Shown: positions 57,267 through 64,000 of the stretch, piece by piece
How the letters are laid out: each line of letters opens with the position of its first letter
Position numbering within the stretch: the first letter of the stretch is position 1
NCBI GenBank assembly: GCA_048128005.1
Contig: JBEUKZ010000031.1
Coordinates: 1 to 64,000 of the forward strand
Direction: 5' to 3'
DNA: 64,000 nucleotides
From: Veleropilina oligotropha
Lineage: Eukaryota
Notes under the pieces: generated by a model
What the model saw: only the letters and a program-made list of their open reading frames with translations
Databases searched by the model: none
Told to the model about the DNA's origin: nothing
Position numbers and translations under genes: made by a program

Positions 57267-57673
57267 TGGGGGTGGTTATTTGAACAATGGGCCTCCTGTT
57301 TCATTTAACAAGATAACAATGGGTTAACTCGGCTCGCTGGCCAGAATAAATTGAGTGACAATAGATTTGACAACTTGCCAATGAAAGCGTCGACGCTCAT
57401 ATCGCGCTTATGGCATGTGATATTGGGCAACTTGTAATTTACAATAGATTTCCACGGTGTGTATAACAGATAATACAGCTGCCACCTCTCGGCGATATAC
57501 ACAAAACAAGCATCGCTCTCGCTCGGAGTGTATTATGTTTATATAGAGTATGTACCAACCTAATATCTCAGATCCTCTGAACGAGGCCTTATTTAACTAA
57601 ACCATTCGCTAGAACAGAACTTTTAAAAAAATCATTTAAAGTAAAAGGCCCTCTGTTATTTAATAAACTCCCA
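57267..57673. mobile_element. Possible MITE
   Basis: Imperfect TIR tggg..ttatt..a..acaa..gggcct / aggccctctgttatttaataaactccca; no clear TSD. Confidence 0.45.
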
Positions 57674-57982
57674 ATACACGTTAGAAATTGAAAATCAATT
57701 AATAGTTTTAAAACAGCTTGTTTTAATCATTTATTGCATGAATATTTTACAAAATCTTAGTGTTATTATCTGTATAATGTTTTTTATGTTCTTATTTATT
57801 GTACATTTCATTCCTTTAAAGCAACGTTGATAATAAAGCAATCTTATTGCAATGCCATGAATATACTGTTTTAATGTTCCTTTATATAATTTAATTGATC
57901 TATTGTTATTGTCCTCGACGCCGATGAAAATAGGTCTTTGGCCTATCGGACATATCGAGTTTAAATAAAGTGTATTATTATT

Positions 57983-60900
57983 ATTAGGGCTCCAACAGCT
58001 TCAGCTGGAGCCCTATTGTTTTTGCTATTTTGTTTATTAGGGCTCCAACAGCTTCAGCTGGAGCCCTATTGTTTTTGCTATTTTGTTTATTAGGGCTTCA
58101 AGCTTTTTCAAGCTTGAAGCCCTATTGAAATTGTACCGGTTATTAGGGCTTCAAGCTCTTTCAAGCTTGAAGCCCTATTGAAATTGTACCGGTTATTATT
58201 CTTATTCTGACGTTTTTTTGTGGGCACTTTAGCGCGAAAACGGCTATAGCTACAGCTTTCAAAATTCATGTGTGCTTGGGCACATCATTGAAGCATTGCC
58301 TCGTTCTATTTTCAAGTTTCATGGCGCTAGTAGTCTGGCGGCCATCTTGAATTACGTCTCTTATTTTGACGTTTTTTGTGGGCACTTTAGCGCGAAAACG
58401 GCTATAGCTACAGCTTTCAAAATTCATGTGTGCTTGGGCACACCATTGAAGCATTGCCTTGTTCTATTTTCAAGTTTCATGGCGCTAGTAGTCTGGCGGC
58501 CATCTTGAATTACGTCATAAACTAGCTTCTTTTATAACTTTGTTAATATTTAACCTAGCGGGACATGATTAGTATATTCGGATGCCAGAGTCGCTTGTCA
58601 AAAATGTCTTGAGAGTGGATTTTTGAATTTTTAATTTAACCGGCGGCCATACTGAAATCAATTTAAAAATGGCTATATCTTGTTCTTATTCTGACGTTTT
58701 TTTGTGGGCACTTTAGCGCGAAAACGGCTATAGCTACAGCTTTCAAAATTCATGTGTGCTTGGGCACATCATTGAAGCATTGCCTCGTTCTATTTTCAAG
58801 TTTCGGGATTTTATGCTTTGGTCGTAATCTTCAATTTTGTAAAAAAATGACCTCTTTTCAAAAACGATATAAGTCTTACACGGCTTTCGAGATCGAGACA
58901 AAATCTTCAAAGGCATGATCTAGACTATTGAGACAACAATCTCTTGGAAATGAAATTTTCATATTTTCAATGCTAAGATCGCTACGGGCGTCCTAATCTT
59001 GACAAAAGTTTGAAGTTTTTTCAATTTTTCATTTCTGCAGTCAAATTTCATGTGTGCTTGGGCACATCATTGAAGCATTGCCTCGTTCTATTTTCAAGTT
59101 TCGGGATTTTATGCTTTGGTCGTAATCTTCAATTTTGTAAAAAAATGACCTCTTTTCAAAAACGATATAAGTCTTACACGGCTTTCAAGATCGAGACAAA
59201 ATCTTCAAAGGCATGATCTAGACTATTGAGACAACAATCTCTTGGAAATGAAATTTTCATTTTTTTAATGCTAAGATCGCTACGGGCGTCCTAATCTTTC
59301 CAAAATTTTGAAGTTTTTTCAATTTTTCATTTCTGCAGTATCTTTCAATGCACTCCACGAAATCTTTCCAATCTTCCAGGGTGAGTGCGCATCGATATCA
59401 AGTAATGTTTGCCGCAAAATTTTAGCCAATAAATGCCATGGTTTCGTCGCAATCTTTGATTTTTTGAAAACATTAAAATGCGCTTTTCTCAGAACTGAGT
59501 AGCGTGATCTTATCGACACTTGGTAGTTTTGACAAAGCATTATATCGGTATATGTTGTTCTAATGGAATACTTTGTGAGACAAATTAAAAAGGAGTTATG
59601 AAGACATTAAATTTCAAAATTAAATTGACTGTAACTTCTTTAATTTTCATTTATATGAAACGTGACGCAATTCATTTTATTCGTATCGAAAATATCTAAT
59701 GTAATATCTATAGAATACATCGCTAAAATGAGTTGCTTGAGAGTTATTAGACTTAGTTTTTTTAGATGAATATTGCTCCATAGCGCCTCTAAAAATCGTC
59801 CTTTTTCTTCCAGATTTTTGCATAAAATATACTATATAAAGATCGTTATATTAGAGAATTGTGACAAGAATACAATAAGTACTTTCATTGTTTAAAAAAT
59901 ACTATTTTAATTCCTAGTCTCATTTCGGCGCGACCAGCTCAGTGCTAATTGCCTTATCAGATGAAGTAGGCAGTTTATGAGCCTGACTCTTTGAGGTGTC
60001 ATAAAGCCGCGTGCCAACAACCCTGTCCAGTCGACAGCAAGGCCCTTGAGAAGTTCTGCTATCAGGCTTAAGTAAACATTTAGCCAACAGAAGGCTACAT
60101 GATTCATTAACTGTTAATATATAGTGAAAACATTGATATTCTGTTGGTCAGTCCAGTTGCGCATTCATTATTATAGATACTTCTTAATTTCCATCATAGG
60201 TTAATGCACAAGATAATAGATTTCATAGCATCTAGGTTTCAAAATTTTCCGGCCCCCCTAGCACTTTCGGCGTAGAAATCTAAGATTGGCGGCATTCGAT
60301 TCAGAGTGGCCATATGTATATCTTAAAATATAAAAAATATTTTTTTAAATTTAGTATTTTTTTGTAATTTTTTATTTTTTTTTAAATTAAACTTTTTTAT
60401 TTTTTTGTATTTTACGTCTTTTTTTTATTTCGTTTATCTGATTGAAGCCCTCACAGCTGCTCGCAGCTTTAATTATTCTTATTCTGACGTTTTTTTGTGG
60501 GCACTTTAGCGCGAAAACGGCTATAGCTACAGCTTTCAAAATTCATGTGTGCTTGGGCACATCATTGAAGCATTGCCTCGTTCTATTTTCAAGTTTCGGG
60601 ATTTTATGCTTTGGTCGTAATCTTCAATTTTGTAAAAAAAAATGACCTCTTTTCAAAAACGATATAAGTCTTACACGGCTTTCGAGATCGAGACAAAATC
60701 TTCAAAGGCATGATCTAGACTATTGAGACAACAATCTCCTGGAAATGAAATTTTCATTTTTTCAATGCTAAGATCGCTACGGGCGTCCTAATCTTGACAA
60801 AATTAAAAATGACCTCTTTTCAAAAACGATATAAGTCTTACACGGCTTTCGAGATCGAGACAAAATCTTCAAAGGCATGATCTAGACTATTGAGACAACA

Positions 60901-63900
60901 ATCTCTTGGAAATCAAATTTTCATTTTTTCAATGCTAAGGTCGCTACGGGCGTCCTAATCTTGACAAAATTTTGAAGTTTTTTCAATTTTTCATTTCTGC
61001 AGTATCTTTCAATGCACTCCACGAAATCTTTCCAATCTTCCAGGGTGAGTGCGCATCGATATCAAGTAATGTTTGCCGCAAAATTTTAGCCAATAAATGC
61101 CATGGTTTCGTCGCAATCTTTGATTTTTTGAAAACATTAAAATGCGCTTTTCTCAGAACTGAGTAGCGTGATCTTATCGACACTTGGTAGTTTTGACAAA
61201 GCATTATATCGGTATATGTTGTTCTAATGGAATACTTTGTGAGACAAATTAAAAAGGAGTTTTGAAGACATTAAATTTAATATTAAATTGACTGTAACTT
61301 CTTTAATTTTCATTTATATGAAACGTGACGCAATTCATTTTATTCGTATCGAAAATATCTAATGTAATATCTATAGAATACATCGCTAAAATGAGTTGCT
61401 TGAGAGTTAATAGACTTAGTTTTTTTAGATGAATATTGCTCCATAGCGCCTCTAAAAATCGTCCTTTTTCTTCCAGATTTTCGCATAAATATATACTATA
61501 TAAAGATCGTTATATTAGAGAATTGTGACAAGAATACAATAAGTACTTTCATTGTTTAAAAAATACTATTTTAATTCCTAGTCTCATTTCGGCGCGACCA
61601 GCTCAGTGCTAATTGCCTTATCAGATGAAGTAGGCAGTTTATGAGCCTGTCTCTTTGAGGTGTCATAAAGCCGCACCCCAACCCTGTCCAGTGGACAGCA
61701 AGGCCCTTGAGAAGTTCTGCTATCAGGCTTAAGTAAACATTTGATAATGAAGTGAAATGGTCTTAATTATGCTTATGAGTCGCAAGCATTACGCTATTAT
61801 TGTTTGATTAGAACATGTAATCGACTAATTTATTTTTCTTTATAAAGAGCAACACACACTAAAAAGCTAAATGCATATATAATAGCCATTCACATATCAA
61901 TAGAAGGAGTTATAACATTATATAATACAAATAGTAGCGAATTATCCCGTGATTGAGGAAATTTATGCTAGCCTGTGTTAAGCTGTGTTCCATTATATTA
62001 GCACGGCTCCGGTGCGGCTCCGGTCCGGCTGCAGCATTTGAGTGTCTCGTTAGATGCGGGTGACGCATGCGGCTAGCGTGCGTTTGCTATAGAAGTTCAT
62101 TAAAATGTCCGACAATGCAAGGATGCATAATGATGCAGTAGAAGTTTTGCAAACTGAAGTTTTGGCAGAATTCCATATTCTAAAGAAAAGAAACGCCACA
62201 TGGAAACATCGTTTTTGGGTCCGTCAAATAATAAAACGGAGACGGCAACAAGGCGCTTTCCACAACCTCTTGCATCTGTTACATCATACATATACGTGTG
62301 AGATCGAACTAATTCAATTAGCTTTTTAAGGTCACCTCTGCTTATTACAACACTGGATTTCACATTGACAGGCATGATTATGCTAAATGATAATGCACAT
62401 GTCAGGAAATATTGAAATAGCTGGGGTACAAGAAATTACTTTCTTTGAAATAAGAATATTGTGCCATATAAGGTATGCGATTCATCTGCGGTCCGGCTGG
62501 AATCGCTACATGGAGCGATCGGTAAAAAACGCATCCGGCTAGATTCAGGCCCGCATGCCGGACCGCACCCGGACCGCATTAATGTAAACACCTGTATTGA
62601 AATTGTTGGTAAGCGATTACACCCCGACCGGAGCCGCACCGGAGCCGTGTTAATGGAAACACAGCTTAAAGCAGATACCAATTTTGTTATTTACACCATG
62701 GCGACACAAGCCGATATCGACACATCAAATCAACAATTTCAAACAGGCACTCAAGACTGTCGCCGCATACGATCCAGTCAGCGATGTCCGCTGTGGCAGA
62801 TTTTGTGGGCAACATATTATGTGCGACAGGTGTCTATGCGGCCTATCCCATTTTAATATAACCTGCATTTATCGAAAATAACAGCGAATGAATGAAGTCA
62901 ATTATCGAAGTGTTGGCTCCGAGTTGGCCGAGCATGCCCCATGTGCCACGAGTAAAGCGGCATTTACAATTAATGCACTATAACAATTGTATCTACTTGA
63001 CACAATATTATGCATTATGATCATTGATGACAATCGTTTGCAAGATGACTATTTATAAATTTTGGATAATGAATTTATTCCTGAAAATATTGGCAATAAC
63101 GCTACAGAGATTATAGATTTAAAAACTTTTCCGTGGAGGTACGCCCTGCCGCATTCGGCGCTCGTTCGTGTGTGCGTCATGAACATCTATTGTACTGACA
63201 ATTAATCACACAGTCTGCATGTAAGCTACCTAAGATGCCGTACAGGTCGTTGCGTTTAATAATTACCACATCAATAATAAAGAAAAATGGTCTTAATTAT
63301 GCACGACCTCAGTCTGAGCGATGGAGTACCTCACCACTGGACACTGATTATTTATGACAACTGATTATTTAATTTAAATTCAAATTAACAAAAATGCAAT
63401 CTATTTTGCATAATTTTTTGCTTAATTGTCACATGAATTAGAAGCCTGATAACGCCGGAAACAGCATTTCATAGCATCTAGGTTTCAAAATTTTCCGGCC
63501 CCCCTAGCACTTTCGGCGCAGAAATCTAAGATTGGCGGCATTCGATTCAGAGTGGCCATATGTATATCTTAAAATATAAAAAATATTTTTTTAAATTTAG
63601 TATTTTTTTGTAATTTTTTTTTTTTTTTAAATTAAACTTTTTTATTTTTTTGTATTTTACGTCTTTTTTTTATTTCGTTTATCTGATTGAAGCCCTCACA
63701 GCTGCTTGCAGCTTTAATTATTCCTATTATTCCGCCTGAGTTTTGTACCAGTGATAACTTCCAAACCGCTTAAATCAAAAACTCTAAAAATGGTAAACAT
63801 GTAGGTATGGTACTGAAGTTGAATCGCACTTAATTTCTGCTATGCGGCGCCACTGGCTTAGCGGCAATTAAGGTTTTTTCTTTAAAAAAACACCTTTTTA

Positions 63901-64000
63901 TACCATCTTCTTCGGCCAAACGGCTGAAGTGAGGTACGCGATGTTCCTAAATAATGATCTTCACTATGTGAAGAAAAAAGTTTGAAAGCGAAAATGTTAT
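57983..64000. mobile_element. Nested stack of HINE-type elements (two families, two copies each)
   Basis: Four stacked taggg...cccta hairpins (57985, 58038, 58091, 58144); two ttgaagccctc...ctttaatt ends (60474, 63719); long near-identical internal blocks. Confidence 0.8.
61981..62666. mobile_element. Harbinger/PIF deletion derivative
   Basis: TIRs agctgtgttccatta..cacggctccggtgcggctccggtc in TTA/TAA context; + strand HRFWVRQIIKRRRQQGAFHNLL (transposase N-end); - strand LIELVRSHTYMYD (MADF/Myb-SANT N-end). Confidence 0.85.

Noticed and set aside
57912..57985. Hammerhead-like motif ctcgac-gccgatga-stem-cggaca-tatcgag
   Set aside because: Both core boxes deviate (CCGATGA, GGAC instead of CTGATGA, GAAA); the hairpin + AATAAA + (TAT)n fits a LINE 3' end better.
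58266..61204. Repeated short ORFs (e.g. MKFFQFFISA..., MLCQNYQ...) suggesting a small gene family
   Set aside because: They recur only because the non-coding HINE bodies are duplicated.

Overview
This is AT-rich animal genomic DNA, probably from a marine invertebrate such as a mollusc (inferred from the repeat types). It is not prokaryotic. One complete minus-strand gene spans almost the whole window (145..56298). I assembled it by hand from 25 GT-AG, phase-compatible exons (3570 nt, about 1189 aa). It is an adhesion GPCR with the layout signal peptide, LRRNT, 4 LRR, LRRCT, Ly6/uPAR-like three-finger domain, SEA, HormR, GAIN/GPS (HL|T), 7TM (ADGRG2/4/6-like) and a C-terminal PDZ-binding motif (STHL). 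The introns and upstream flank hold many mobile elements. These include a full-length DIRS1-type retrotransposon inserted into a SINE through a 4-bp ATAT core, and a Crypton-like (DUF3504 tyrosine recombinase) element ending in a 146-nt hairpin with four CGAG cores; unrelated small palindromes elsewhere share that geometry. Also present are a CR1/L2-group LINE with a 2A-like peptide, RTE and I-group LINE fragments, about 14 tRNA-derived Meta-type SINEs, several Helentron-like (HINE/pearl-type) elements including a nested stack, an IS3EU-like MITE and Harbinger derivatives. No database searches were run, so family names rest on recognised motifs.
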